DNA of 64,000 nucleotides from Gammaproteobacteria bacterium (GCA_038142325.1 JAYQJW010000002.1:448001-512000); one strand, 5' to 3'. Counted from the stretch's first letter, positions 11,396 to 23,681 are shown. Notes: generated by a model not told the origin, from the letters alone. Numbers and translations: made by a program.

Positions 11396-12276
11396 TAATA
11401 TTCTTTTGTGTTTTATTTCTCCTTAGTTTCTCTCCACAGCTCGCTGTATCTGATAATCACTTAATTAGTATTAAAAGTCATAATGGTCTAGTTTTAAATG
11501 CAAACTTAAAGAGTAACTCTCAAAGCGATACTATATTTATTCTAGTGCATGGGACAAGAGGCTATAAGGATATGGAGATTATAAAATCATTAAGTCAAAA
11601 AATATATGATTACGGTTATAGTTCTCTGAGTATTAACTTAAGCTATGATATAGACAATAGAGCCAGTGAATTTCTTTCATGTGACAGAGTGCACACTCAC
11701 AATGAACATACATCTATCAATGAAATAGTATCTTGGTATAGGTATCTAGAAAACCAAGACTATAAAAATATATATTTTATAGGTCACTCAAGAGGAGCAT
11801 TTAATGTCATTCAAGCAATGGCTATTATAAATAACAATAACATCAAAGCGTATTTATTAGCTCCAGTTATAGATACTTATCTAGGAACAAAAAACTACTA
11901 TGACCAAGAGCATAATCTTCCTTACGAGACTTTGATAAATAATAAAGATGAATTTATTATTTCTGATAGGTATCCTTCCATTAATTTTTTATTTTGTGAA
12001 AATGCTAGAGTATCTTCATCAACATTTAGGTCTTATTTGGATTTATCCAAAAATCAAACATTGTATCCATTTACATTTAGTATCGTTGACTTATTAAAAG
12101 ATACTAATTCAATGGTAACTATTTTCTCAGGAACTGATGATGAAATTCTTCTAGATTCTTATAAAAAGCTTAACCAAATCAATCAACCTAATATTTCTCA
12201 TATTCTTATTGATGAGGCAGATCATTTTTTTAGAGATATATATCTAGACGATGTTATAGATATAATTTTTGATTAG
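11395..12276 (+). CDS. Exported alpha/beta hydrolase (Ser-Asp-His); start uncertain, frame is open back through tRNA-Lys to TTG 11302
   Basis: Hydrophobic signal 'IIFFCVLFLLSFSPQLAVS', oxyanion 'LVHG', nucleophile 'GHSRG', 'SGTDDEI', 'ADHFF'. Confidence 0.85.
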   Translation: MIFFCVLFLLSFSPQLAVSDNHLISIKSHNGLVLNANLKSNSQSDTIFILVHGTRGYKDMEIIKSLSQKIYDYGYSSLSINLSYDIDNRASEFLSCDRVHTHNEHTSINEIVSWYRYLENQDYKNIYFIGHSRGAFNVIQAMAIINNNNIKAYLLAPVIDTYLGTKNYYDQEHNLPYETLINNKDEFIISDRYPSINFLFCENARVSSSTFRSYLDLSKNQTLYPFTFSIVDLLKDTNSMVTIFSGTDDEILLDSYKKLNQINQPNISHILIDEADHFFRDIYLDDVIDIIFD

Positions 12277-12280
12277 CTAT

Positions 12281-12781
12281 TTATTGAACCATGAAAGGAT
12301 CATCTGAAGACTCAGATGAATCAATATCCAAGCTCTTCTCTAGTTGGGAGGATGATTTAGGACCAATGGTTATTTCAGATTCTGATTTATCAAACATTCC
12401 TCTCAAAACTTTGATTGTTGCAAATCTATTCTCTTTTTCATAGTTGATAAGAACAAATCTAGATCTCACAATTCCAATTTCAGACCATCCATCAGCAATC
12501 ATATTCTTTCTATAGAAACCAACAATATCATCTGCGCTTCCTTCATGTTGCAAGTATAAAATCCCGGAGAATTTGTTGCCTTCACCAAAGATTACAGTTT
12601 TACTCACTAGATACTTTGAGTTTTCAGGTAGAGGAATAGATACTTGTAGCTTTTGTTCTACGGATACTTCTCTCTGTTCTTCAGCTTGACTATCAAGCAT
12701 GGCCTGCATATTTGCACATGATGATAAAAATATTGTAACTAGTACTATAGGTAGATATTTAGATAAATGCCTGAACTGCAT
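12281..12781 (-). CDS. Lipoprotein of unknown function, downstream of soxA
   Basis: Signal peptide with lipobox LSSC; same strand as soxA, 25 nt gap. Confidence 0.75.
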   Translation of the reverse strand: MQFRHLSKYLPIVLVTIFLSSCANMQAMLDSQAEEQREVSVEQKLQVSIPLPENSKYLVSKTVIFGEGNKFSGILYLQHEGSADDIVGFYRKNMIADGWSEIGIVRSRFVLINYEKENRFATIKVLRGMFDKSESEITIGPKSSSQLEKSLDIDSSESSDDPFMVQ

Positions 12782-12806
12782 AATTAGAGTATATCTTTAA
12801 AATATA

Positions 12807-13634
12807 TTATTTTCTAGAGCCTGGTCCATTAACTTCAAGGCCATTACTCATAAACGTAGTAAAATACTCAAGATTATTTAATTCATCACTTCCAGCCTTA
12901 AAACTTTTAGCTCTAATACGGTTTAGACATCCTGCAAACCTCTCATGTAATGTGACCAATCTTCCCATCCCGGATCTGTAAACTGGAAAGTGTGTTGGAT
13001 GGCCTATCGCTGGACTTGGAATATCAGCTCTAAGCTTTGTACCTGTTTGATAGACATGACAATCTGCACATGAAAAATTAAGCTGACCTTTCTTAGTAAA
13101 ATACAATCTCCTTCCATCTTCATATGCTTCTAATGCCTCTGCAGTATTTGGCACTTCAACATTAAATTTATTACCACGAGAAGTGTAAGCCATGTAAGCT
13201 GATACATGAGCTAACTCCTTTCCTTTGTAATAACTAAGTGGTTTTTCACCATTTTTTACTCTGCATTCATTGATAGCGCCCTCGAGTGTAACAACTTTAT
13301 TTTTTTCTGTGTTGAAATAGGGATAATTTTGTCTAATTCCTATGCCCTCATTGTCGAAACAAGATGCATAAGTATTACCATTTTTAAAAGGTATATTAAA
13401 AAGCTCTTCCCCTCGGTCTATATTAAGTTCATAGGGTGGAAATTCTTCCATAGATTCCCATTGCTCTCTAGCAGATTTATCAATTGAATAGACACCATTT
13501 TTATAATCTTCAAATGGAGTGTCAGGAAAACGATTTTCAAAGTAACTTACAAACTCATCATAATCACTTTCAGGACTAGCCATAGTTGATAATGATGGAG
13601 TTAATAAGATAAATAGTAAAAGTTTTTTAAACAT
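12807..13634 (-). CDS. soxA: Sulfur oxidation c-type cytochrome SoxA (monoheme type)
   Basis: 'GQLNFSCADCH', 'THFPVYRS', active-site 'RFAGC..RIRA', 'LEYF'; first heme site reduced to 'YASCF'. Confidence 0.95.
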   Translation of the reverse strand: MFKKLLLFILLTPSLSTMASPESDYDEFVSYFENRFPDTPFEDYKNGVYSIDKSAREQWESMEEFPPYELNIDRGEELFNIPFKNGNTYASCFDNEGIGIRQNYPYFNTEKNKVVTLEGAINECRVKNGEKPLSYYKGKELAHVSAYMAYTSRGNKFNVEVPNTAEALEAYEDGRRLYFTKKGQLNFSCADCHVYQTGTKLRADIPSPAIGHPTHFPVYRSGMGRLVTLHERFAGCLNRIRAKSFKAGSDELNNLEYFTTFMSNGLEVNGPGSRK

Positions 13635-13943
13635 TTATTTAACTTTTCCTACCGCAGAATCTCTATTACCTTGATTATCAACCCAAGACAACTCAATTTC
13701 ATCACCTTTGTTACCTTTGTACTTAAAAGTCAAATAAGGATTTTTTGAAACAGCTGGTCCCCAATATATTTTTATCACTTCTTTGCCATTAGCTTTACCG
13801 TGCACCTCTTGGATGAAATGAGCTGGAATAAGATTACCAGTTTTTTTATCTTTTCTTTGCCCAGTTTCCATTGGGTGTTTAATAAGGGCTTTAACTGTTA
13901 CAACACCATTTGATTCTTTAGGTCTCATTTTTATTGTACTCAT
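13635..13943 (-). CDS. soxZ: Thiosulfate oxidation carrier protein SoxZ
   Basis: 'HPMETGQRKD', 'IPAHFIQ', 'AVSKNPY', 'WVDNQG'. Confidence 0.96.
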   Translation of the reverse strand: MSTIKMRPKESNGVVTVKALIKHPMETGQRKDKKTGNLIPAHFIQEVHGKANGKEVIKIYWGPAVSKNPYLTFKYKGNKGDEIELSWVDNQGNRDSAVGKVK

Positions 13944-13945
13944 AA

Positions 13946-14407
13946 TTAACCTCCACAGCCTCCAATAGTTACCTTGACTTCTTGTGTAGCTGTATATACT
14001 TTGTCACCACTCTTAACAGCAGCCATTACGTTTGATGTCTTTCCCATTTTTAAACGTGTACCAATTGCAGGTTCAGCTAGAGATGTTAGCTGATAACCAC
14101 TTGATAATGGCTGTGGATTATTTTCAACAAATATCATTATCGATTCAACATTATCAAGAGTTGTTGATACGTTAATTGGCACTATAGCTCCGTTTTCTGC
14201 AATTTCCGGCGCCTTGAGCTTTACCTTAGATGATTCTTCTAAATTGTTATGACCATAAATACTACTTACAGAGTCATTAAGGTCTTTGATATCAAAAGAT
14301 TTTTTCGGCCAAGACGCATATGCTTCTTTGGTCACAATTAAAGTTGGCACAGTCGCTAATGTACCAGCAAACAGCATGCTATTTTTTATAAATTTTCTTC
14401 TATTCAT
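13946..14407 (-). CDS. soxY: Thiosulfate oxidation carrier protein SoxY
   Basis: Tat signal 'NRRKFIK', 'APEIAENG', C-terminal swinging arm 'VKVTIGGCGG'. Confidence 0.97.
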   Translation of the reverse strand: MNRRKFIKNSMLFAGTLATVPTLIVTKEAYASWPKKSFDIKDLNDSVSSIYGHNNLEESSKVKLKAPEIAENGAIVPINVSTTLDNVESIMIFVENNPQPLSSGYQLTSLAEPAIGTRLKMGKTSNVMAAVKSGDKVYTATQEVKVTIGGCGG

Positions 14408-14415
14408 ATGTTTTC

Positions 14416-14751
14416 CTAAAGTGTATATAAATAATCAATTATCTTGTTAATCTCATTTTTTGTTAGCGCTCCATGTTTACCAAATGGAGGCATAAAAGAA
14501 TAAGGGTTTGTTTGAGTAGGATCCCAAATTTGTTGAAAAAGAAGTTCTCTGTCAGGAAATCTTGCTTTCATAGCTAGCAATGGAGGACCATTATTTCCTG
14601 CCAATTCACCATCATCAATCATGTGACACGCCAAACAATTACCTTTCTTTCGATCAAAAGTGAGCTTTTTACCCTCTGCAATGTCATCAGAATAAGAAAT
14701 TGAAGGCAATGTTGTAACCATTAAAAACACAATCAATATTAGCTTTTTCAT
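14416..14751 (-). CDS. soxX: Sulfur oxidation c-type cytochrome SoxX
   Basis: 'KGNCLACH', 'GNNGPPL', 'MPPFG'; first gene of soxXYZA. Confidence 0.95.
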   Translation of the reverse strand: MKKLILIVFLMVTTLPSISYSDDIAEGKKLTFDRKKGNCLACHMIDDGELAGNNGPPLLAMKARFPDRELLFQQIWDPTQTNPYSFMPPFGKHGALTKNEINKIIDYLYTL

Positions 14752-14757
14752 GGCCTT

Positions 14758-14789
14758 ATTATATAGATGAATGATGTTTATTAAAACAT
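14758..14789 (-). promoter_or_regulatory. Putative soxX promoter (-10 TATAAT) with an inverted repeat over the -35 region
   Basis: Minus-strand TATAAT at 14758-14763, 6 nt from the ATG; ATGTTT-ATTA-AAACAT at 14774-14789. Confidence 0.45.
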
Positions 14790-14792
14790 TTT

Positions 14793-16215
14793 TTAATTAC
14801 AGGTTTTTGGCCCAAAAATTGGTTCTAATGGTGGATTTGAATTACAAAGGATTCTATTTTTAATACTTAGTAAATTTTTCTTCTGTATATCACTTAAATA
14901 GTTCGACTTAACACTATCGTCAATTATTCTATACGCCATAGGTAAATTACCTTTCAAATTATAGAAGTTTATTAGTGCAAGCTTCGTACCATATTTATCT
15001 CCATTTTTTTTCAGAACCTTCTGCTAATAGTTTGTATATCGTTGGGTTATTATTATTCTTTTTGACAAAGTCTTTTAGTTCCAAAACACTTTTATCTAAG
15101 TTGAAGGAGTCCTTAATATTTTGTTTCAATAACTGAAAATTAATAGCATTGTTATCAGGATAAATTTCTAATAATTTTTTTATGATGTTTCTAGATTCAA
15201 TTTTTTCGCCCATAGCCCAATGAATATCTGCCATCAAAGATGAAATGTATATATTATAATTATTTGAATCATAATTTTCTTGAATTGTTTGCCTTGCTTT
15301 ATCATAGTTACCAGCTTTGAAGTAATTTAATGCAAGTCGATGATTTATAACTGATGAATTATATGCTTTCTTATTTAAAGCTTGCGATGTTTTCTCGTTA
15401 GACATTAAAATATTTTTTATGTATTCATAATCATTCGTACTATTAATGATAGATCCTGATTGCTGTCCCCCCTTATTTTCAATTGTACTTATTCGATTTG
15501 AATACAAGGGGTGTGTCATGAAATATTCATTTAAATAAGATTGACTATTTGCATCACCCTGCATCAGTCTAAAAAATTTGGCCATTTCTTTAAGGGCATA
15601 ATTACTATTTTGCATTAACCGCGCAGCAAATATATCTGCTTCTATTTCGTTTTCTCTTACAAGATTAATGTTCTGCTGCACCGACAAGCCAATGCCTGAC
15701 TTAATGGATGCTATACTAGCTTCAGATTGGCCAGCTAACAGGCCAGCAAATATCCCTATCCACATTGGAATTGAGTTTACATTTGAACGGGCTATCATCT
15801 CAGCACTGTGTCTTAATACTACGTGAGCAAGTTCATGTGCAACAACACCTGCTAGTTGAGCTTCATTTTGAGTAAGTGTTATCAATCCAGAATTAAATCC
15901 AACATATCCGCCTGGTAAGGCAAAAGCATTTACTGATTTTGATCTAGTTACAAAAAAAACATAATTCCTATTGTATGAAGTATTGCGGCTTAATTTGTTT
16001 CCAAGATATGTTATGTAATCTGATACGAAAACATCATTTACGATGTTGTTATTCTTTTGCAAAGCTTTATATATATTTCGACCAATTCTCTCTTCTTCAG
16101 CAATAGTTATAGTCCTATTCAACGAATCCCCAAGCATAGGCGATGTTTGGGATTCATCTCCATGTCCATTCATAACAAAACTTACAAGGATTAAGGCTAG
16201 AAGCAGCTTGTACAT
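14793..16215 (-). CDS. bepA: M48-family metalloprotease/chaperone with TPR region (BepA/YfgC-like); frameshift in an A8 run near 15005
   Basis: 'NAFALPGG', 'HELAH', 'ENEIEAD', 'THP..R'; C-terminal frame continues to TAA at 14793. Confidence 0.85.
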
Positions 16216-16344
16216 TTATTCACTCACAATAGTATCTTTCTCTATATTAAATAATCTAAATGTACTAATATAGATTCCTAATATAGAAGGTTTAATCTAT
16301 AGAGAAACCTTTGTAATTATTATAACTCAAGAGGTAATGCAAAA

Positions 16345-16575
16345 ATGAGTGATTTTGATAAAGAACTTGATACAAGTGGACTAAATTGTCCATTGCCAAT
16401 TATAAAAGCTAAGAAAGAAATAAATACCATGGAATCAGGACAAGTTTTACATGTTATTTCAACAGATCCAGGGGCAGTAATGGATTTCGAATCGTTTGCT
16501 GGACAGACAGGTAATGAACTTTTGTCTTCAGAAACTCGAGACAATAAATTTTATTTTCTTATCAAAAAAAGCTAG
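16345..16575 (+). CDS. tusA: TusA/SirA-family sulfur carrier protein
   Basis: 'LDTSGLNCPLPI' CPxP motif, 'STDPG'; GAGG Shine-Dalgarno upstream. Confidence 0.9.
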   Translation: MSDFDKELDTSGLNCPLPIIKAKKEINTMESGQVLHVISTDPGAVMDFESFAGQTGNELLSSETRDNKFYFLIKKS

Positions 16576-16577
16576 CA

Positions 16578-18304
16578 ATGAAATTAAGCGGTTCAGAAAT
16601 AATTATTGAATCTCTCAAAAAAGAGGGTGTAGAATTTATTTTCGGATACCCGGGTGGCGCAGTATTACACATCTATGATGCACTATTTGCTGCAAAAGAC
16701 ATAAAACATGTCTTAGTCAGACATGAGCAAGGCGCTACTCATGCTGCTGATGGTTATGCAAGAGCCTGCAACAAACCAGGTGTTGTTTTAGTAACTTCAG
16801 GTCCTGGAATTACTAATTGCGTTACAGGTATAGCTACAGCACATATGGATTCAATACCTATGATTGTTATTTCTGGACAAGTTTCAAGACAATATGTTGG
16901 AAGCGATGCGTTTCAAGAAGCTGATGCAACTGGTATTACAAGACCCATTTGTAAACATAACTTTTTAATTAATGATCGAGAGTCTATTGCTGAAACATTC
17001 AGAAAGGCATTCATAATAGCAACTACAGGTAGACCAGGACCTGTAATTATTGACATACCAAAAGATTTAACTGATCCAAAAATAAAAATTAATTTTGATT
17101 ATAAAAAAAATATCAAAATACGCTCTTACAGTGTAAAAAAAACAGAAAATCAAGACAAAATTGAAATTGCTTCTAAGCTATTGTGTCAGGCAAAAAAACC
17201 AATGATATATACTGGTGGAGGCGTTATCCTCAGCAAAGCAAGCAATGAATTAACAAAACTTGTAAGACTTCTTAACTATCCTGTTACTAATACGCTCATG
17301 GGATTAGGCGCATATCCATCGTCTGATAAACAGTTTCTTGGAATGCTAGGAATGCACGGAACTTATGAAGCAAATATGGCAATGCATGAGTGCGATGTAT
17401 TGTTAGCAGTTGGCGCGAGGTTTGATGATAGAGTAACTGGAGACACTAAACAATTTTGCCCAAAAGCAAAGATAATACATATCGATATTGACCCATCTTC
17501 AATATCTAAAATTATTGAAGTTGACCACTCACTAATCGGTGATACAAAAAATATTCTCAAAAAAATAATTGAGTACACTACAAAGCATAAAAAAAATATA
17601 GATAAAATTGCTTTAGAGAAATGGTGGAAAAAGATTAAATCTTGGCAGAAAAAAAAGTGTTTATCATATAAAAAGTCAAACAAAGTTATTAAACCTCAAT
17701 CAGTTATTGAAACACTTCATGAAATCTCAAAAGGAAAGTCCTTTGTAACATCAGATGTTGGACAACATCAAATGTGGGTAGCGCAATATTATAAGTTTGA
17801 TAAGCCTAATCGTTGGATTAATTCTGGCGGTTTGGGAACAATGGGATTTGGACTTCCTGCGGCGATAGGCGCACAGTTAGCATATCCAAAAGAGCAAGTT
17901 GTCTGCGTTACAGGCGAGGCAAGTATTTTGATGTGTATTCAAGAATTGTCAACATGCCTACAATATGGTTTGCCTATTAAAATAATTAACTTAAATAACA
18001 GATACATGGGTATGGTCAGACAATGGCAAGAATTCTTTTATGAAGGTCGTTATGCTATGTCATATATGGATGCTATTCCTGATTTTGCTAAGTTAGCAGA
18101 GAGTTTTGGCCACATAGGCATGGTGATTGACAAACCACAGAATCTTGAAAAAGATTTAAAAACTGCTCTAGATTACAAAAATAGATTAGTATTTGTTGAT
18201 GTAATTACTGATCAAACAGAAAACGTATATCCGATGATTGTAAGTGGCAAAGGACATCATGAGATGCATTTAGCCCCTTCAGTTAATGAAGAGACAGAAC
18301 TGGC

Positions 18305-18308
<4 letters not shown>
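16578..18308 (+). CDS. ilvI: Acetolactate synthase large subunit
   Basis: 'FGYPGGA', 'RHEQGA', 'MLGMHG', 'RFDDRVTG', 'DVGQHQMW', 'GMVRQWQ'. Confidence 0.95.
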
Positions 18309-19836
<1,528 letters not shown>

Positions 19837-20611
19837 TTGAATAAGAAGATCTAATAAAATTTCTGCAGTATATCTACTTCCAAATCTTGTTACGTTGGGA
19901 GCTATGTTTTGCGGTTTCTATTCTATTATTTTAGCTATCAATGAGCTATTCACACAAGCTGCAGTCTTTATTTTATTTTCAATGATTTTGGATGGGCTCG
20001 ATGGTCGTGTTGCACGATTAACTAATACTCAAACATCTTTTGGAGAATATTTTGATAGTTTGTCTGACTTGTTATGTTTTGGTGTAGCCCCCGCACTTTT
20101 AATTTATCTTTCTAGTCTGTCTATTTATACCTCAGGTTATTTAGTTAAAATTTCATATCTAGTATGCTTTATATATGTTGCATCTACTGCCATAAGGCTA
20201 GCTCGCTTTAATTCTAGAAATCAAACAGCAGATAAAAAATATTTTATTGGACTAGCTAGTCCAGCATCTGCCGCTATTTTAATTTGCTATGTATGGTTTT
20301 TGAATGACATTAATGCAGATGTAGCTTCTTATTTGACATTAACCATATTATTAATTTTAACGCTCTCTGTTTTAATGGTTAGTAATATTGCATATATGAG
20401 CTTTAAAGATTTTAATTTCAAACAAAAAGTACCACATGTCATGCTTTTCGCCGTAGCGCTAGGCATATCATTTATATCATTCGATCCTCCTAAAGTATTG
20501 TTCATGTTTTTTATGATTTATGGCTTTTCTGGCCCCATGTTATTTCTTTTTAGAAGGCTAAGAAGAAAGAATATTTATGACTCAAAATTATCATCTAAGA
20601 ATCAAAGTTAA
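19837..20611 (+). CDS. pssA: CDP-diacylglycerol--serine O-phosphatidyltransferase; start region probably carries an indel
   Basis: 'YLLPNLVT' upstream of the called start; CDP-alcohol phosphotransferase motif 'DGLDGRVAR...FG..FDSLSD'; 'RLARFN'; conserved position after ilvC. Confidence 0.9.
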
Positions 20612-20699
20612 ACAATTTTTTATCGCTAACTAGAATATTACTTCTTCATCATTAAATCTCTTGAGGTATAATGCCTCTAGATATGAATAAACTAGTTTT

Positions 20700-22245
20700 A
20701 TGAAAAATAACGATCACTTAATTATTTTCGACACAACCCTTAGAGACGGAGAGCAAAGTCCAGGAGCTTCTATGGATATAGAGGAAAAGGTTCAAATTGC
20801 TCTGGCTCTAAATGATTTAAATGTTGATGTTATTGAAGCAGGTTTCCCTATTGCCAGTAATGGTGATTTTGCTGCTGTAAAAGAAATTTCTGATACTATT
20901 AAAACATCAAGAGTTTGCGCACTTGCTAGAGCATTAGACAAAGATATATTAAGAGCGGCGGATGCTCTCAAGAATGCAAAGCTATCAAGAATTCATACAT
21001 TTATTGCAACATCACCAATACATATGGAGATGAAATTAAAAATGACTCCTGATCAGGTTATTGATAATGCTGTCCATGCTGTAAAATTAGCAAAGAATCA
21101 TGTTCAAGACGTTGAGTTCTCACCTGAAGATGCAGGAAGATCTGATTTTAGATTTCTGTGTAAAATTATTGAAAAAGTGATTGACGCAGGGGCATCTACA
21201 ATTAATATTCCTGATACTGTCGGTTATAATTTGCCTCATCAATTTGGATCTCTCATATCAGATATAATAAAAACCGTTCCTAACTCAGATAAAGCCATAT
21301 TCTCTGTTCATTGTCATAATGATTTAGGACTAGCAGTTTCAAATTCTCTTTCCTCAGTGCTAAATGGAGCAAGACAAGTTGAATGTACAATTAATGGTTT
21401 GGGAGAAAGAGCTGGAAACGCAGCTTTAGAAGAAATAGTCATGACAGTTAAAACTCGCTCAGATATCTTTTCATGTGATACTCAAATCAATACCAAAAAA
21501 ATAATGAATTGTTCAAAACTTGTATCCAGCATTACTGGTTTTCCAGTCCAACCAAATAAAGCAATCGTAGGTAAAAATGCATTTGCACATGAATCAGGAA
21601 TTCATCAAGACGGTATTATTAAATCTAGAGAAACTTATGAGATTATGAAAGCAGAGGATATTGGTTTGGTAAGTAATTCATTGGTCCTCGGAAAGCATTC
21701 TGGTCGAAATGCATTCAAACAGAAACTAGAAGAATTAGATATTGAATGTAAATCAGATGAATCATTAAATGAATTATTTGATAGATTTAAAGAGCTTGCT
21801 GATAAAAAACATGAAATTTATGATGAGGACATTATAAGACTATCTAATAATATTATATTAACTGGTGATGATATACAGTTAGATCACATGTCTGTAATTT
21901 GCAATTCAGATTCTAAGCCACATGCTGATATTTCATTAAACATTAAGGGTGAGATTAAAAAAGCTACTTGCTGATGGAGATGGAGCTGTAGATGCAGCGT
22001 ATAATGCTATTAAGAAACTAATAGATATTGATGTAGATCTTAAATTGTATTCGGTCAACAATATTACTTCAGGAACAGATGCACAAGGTGAGGTAACTGT
22101 TCGAGTCGTAAAAGATGACCTCATAGTCAATGGACATGGTGCTGACACAGATATAGTTAAAGCTTCTGTTTTAGCATATCTAAATGCGATCAATAAGATT
22201 TTTCAAAATCCAGATCTTAAAACTAAAAAGTTACCAGGTATTTAA
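20700..22245 (+). CDS. leuA: 2-isopropylmalate synthase; frameshift near 21968
   Basis: '[13 protein letters not shown]', 'HCHNDLG', 'GERAGN', 'HESGIHQDG'; regulatory domain 'GDGAVDA' in the next ORF. Confidence 0.96.
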
Positions 22246-22882
22246 TGTCTCGAAGAAAAGAATTATTAAGTCTAATGAATATAGACGTTTCTTGGATGCG
22301 TGATGAGCTGTTATCAAATTATAATCAAATTAACATTGATGAATTGAAGTTAATGGCAGTAAATTGTCATAAATGTGAACTGTCAAAAACAAGAAACAAG
22401 GTAGTATTTGGTAAGGGTTCAACTAATGCAAGAATCATGATTATCGGAGAAGCGCCTGGTAAAGATGAAGACTTATCTGGTGAGCCATTTGTTGGAAGAG
22501 CAGGAAAGTTATTAACTGAAATACTTTTTTCGATGAATCTTACTCGTGAAAATGTTTACATAACTAATACAGTTAAATGTAGACCGCCAGAAAATAGAAA
22601 TCCTAACAGTAATGAGATAAGTTGCTGTTCTAGCTATTTAGATCAACAAATTACTCTAATATCTCCAAGCGTAATTATTTTATTGGGAAAGTAGCTGCTG
22701 AGCGATTAATGAACACACCTGAACCAATGTCATCACTGCGTGGTAAGTTGCATTATTATAAGGATACTGATATTCCAATGCTTGTATTTTATCACCCTGC
22801 ATATCTTCTACGTAGTCCTGGTGAAAAAAGTAAAGTATGGGAAGATATTTTATTTATGAAAAAGCACATCAATGTCAGTTAG
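22245..22882 (+). CDS. Family 4 uracil-DNA glycosylase (Fe-S); frameshift near 22690
   Basis: 'CHKCEL', 'GEAPG', 'PFVGRAG', 'KCRPPENR'; 'YHPAYLLR' in the continuing frame to TAG 22882. Confidence 0.92.
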
Positions 22883-23332
22883 AAAATCAGAACTTTTTAC
22901 ATATCATCCAATGCATATTGATGATTTAGAATATATATACAAGTTAGAGCTTGAATCATATTCTTTTCCATGGACAAAAGAAATACTAAGAGATTGTATC
23001 TTATATAAATATGACTCTTACTCTGTCTTTATTGATGATACGCTTGTTGGATATATAATTTCTAAGATCTCATTTCCCGAGACTCACATATTGAATTTAA
23101 CTGTGGACATAAATTATAGAAATAATGGAATTGGACAAGCATTGATAGATCTTACTATTAATGATGCACGAATAAGAAACTCTCAAGATATTATACTTGA
23201 AGTTAGATCAAAAATCTTATCGCACAAGCCCTCTATAGTAAATTAGGATTCGAGAAAATTGGAATTAGAAAAGGTTATTATGATTCGGAAATTGGTAGAG
23301 AAGATGCATTTGTTCTCAGGCTTAAGCTATAG
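22872..23332 (+). CDS. rimI: Ribosomal protein S18-alanine N-acetyltransferase; frameshift near 23215
   Basis: 'FPWT', 'HILNLTV', 'RNNGIG', 'LEVR'; 'LYSKLGF..IGIRKGYY...REDA' in the continuing frame. Confidence 0.92.
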
Positions 23333-23593
23333 TTCTGCTGGTGATTTAGCAGTGATAGATAGAGCATGTATTTCTGTTTTCATAAGCTCATCTAAAGTTT
23401 TATAAATTAGTTTATGTCTATTAAGAGGGCTCAAATTATTAAAATGTTCTGACACAATATATAACTTAAAATGGCCACCCGATTTAGCACCTGCATGTCC
23501 AACATGTAAATGACCCTCATCCTCAATCTTAATATCTATTGGTTTAAGTTCAGCCAAACCATGTTCGATCATTTTCATACGCTTTTCAGACAT
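23327..23593 (-). CDS. bolA: BolA family protein
   Basis: 'DEGHLHVGH', 'RHKLIY', 'IHALSI'. Confidence 0.92.
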   Translation of the reverse strand: MSEKRMKMIEHGLAELKPIDIKIEDEGHLHVGHAGAKSGGHFKLYIVSEHFNNLSPLNRHKLIYKTLDELMKTEIHALSITAKSPAEL

Positions 23594-23681
23594 GTGAATA
23601 TTATATTCAAATCTATAAAAAATTATAGATTATATAAAATCCAGTATTATGATAATATTTACTAAATGACTTATACAAAGT

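Noticed and set aside
14793-16575. bepA and tusA as dedicated members of the sox cluster
   Set aside because: The divergent M48 protease/TusA pair is a conserved housekeeping arrangement in non-sulfur-oxidising Gammaproteobacteria, although TusA could still serve sulfur trafficking
20612-20699. leuA attenuator or leader peptide (Leu codons at 20638-20646; GAGG-TATAATG-CCTC hairpin)
   Set aside because: The Leu-containing frame has no start codon, and the hairpin is short with no U-tract; it looks like a plain -10 promoter
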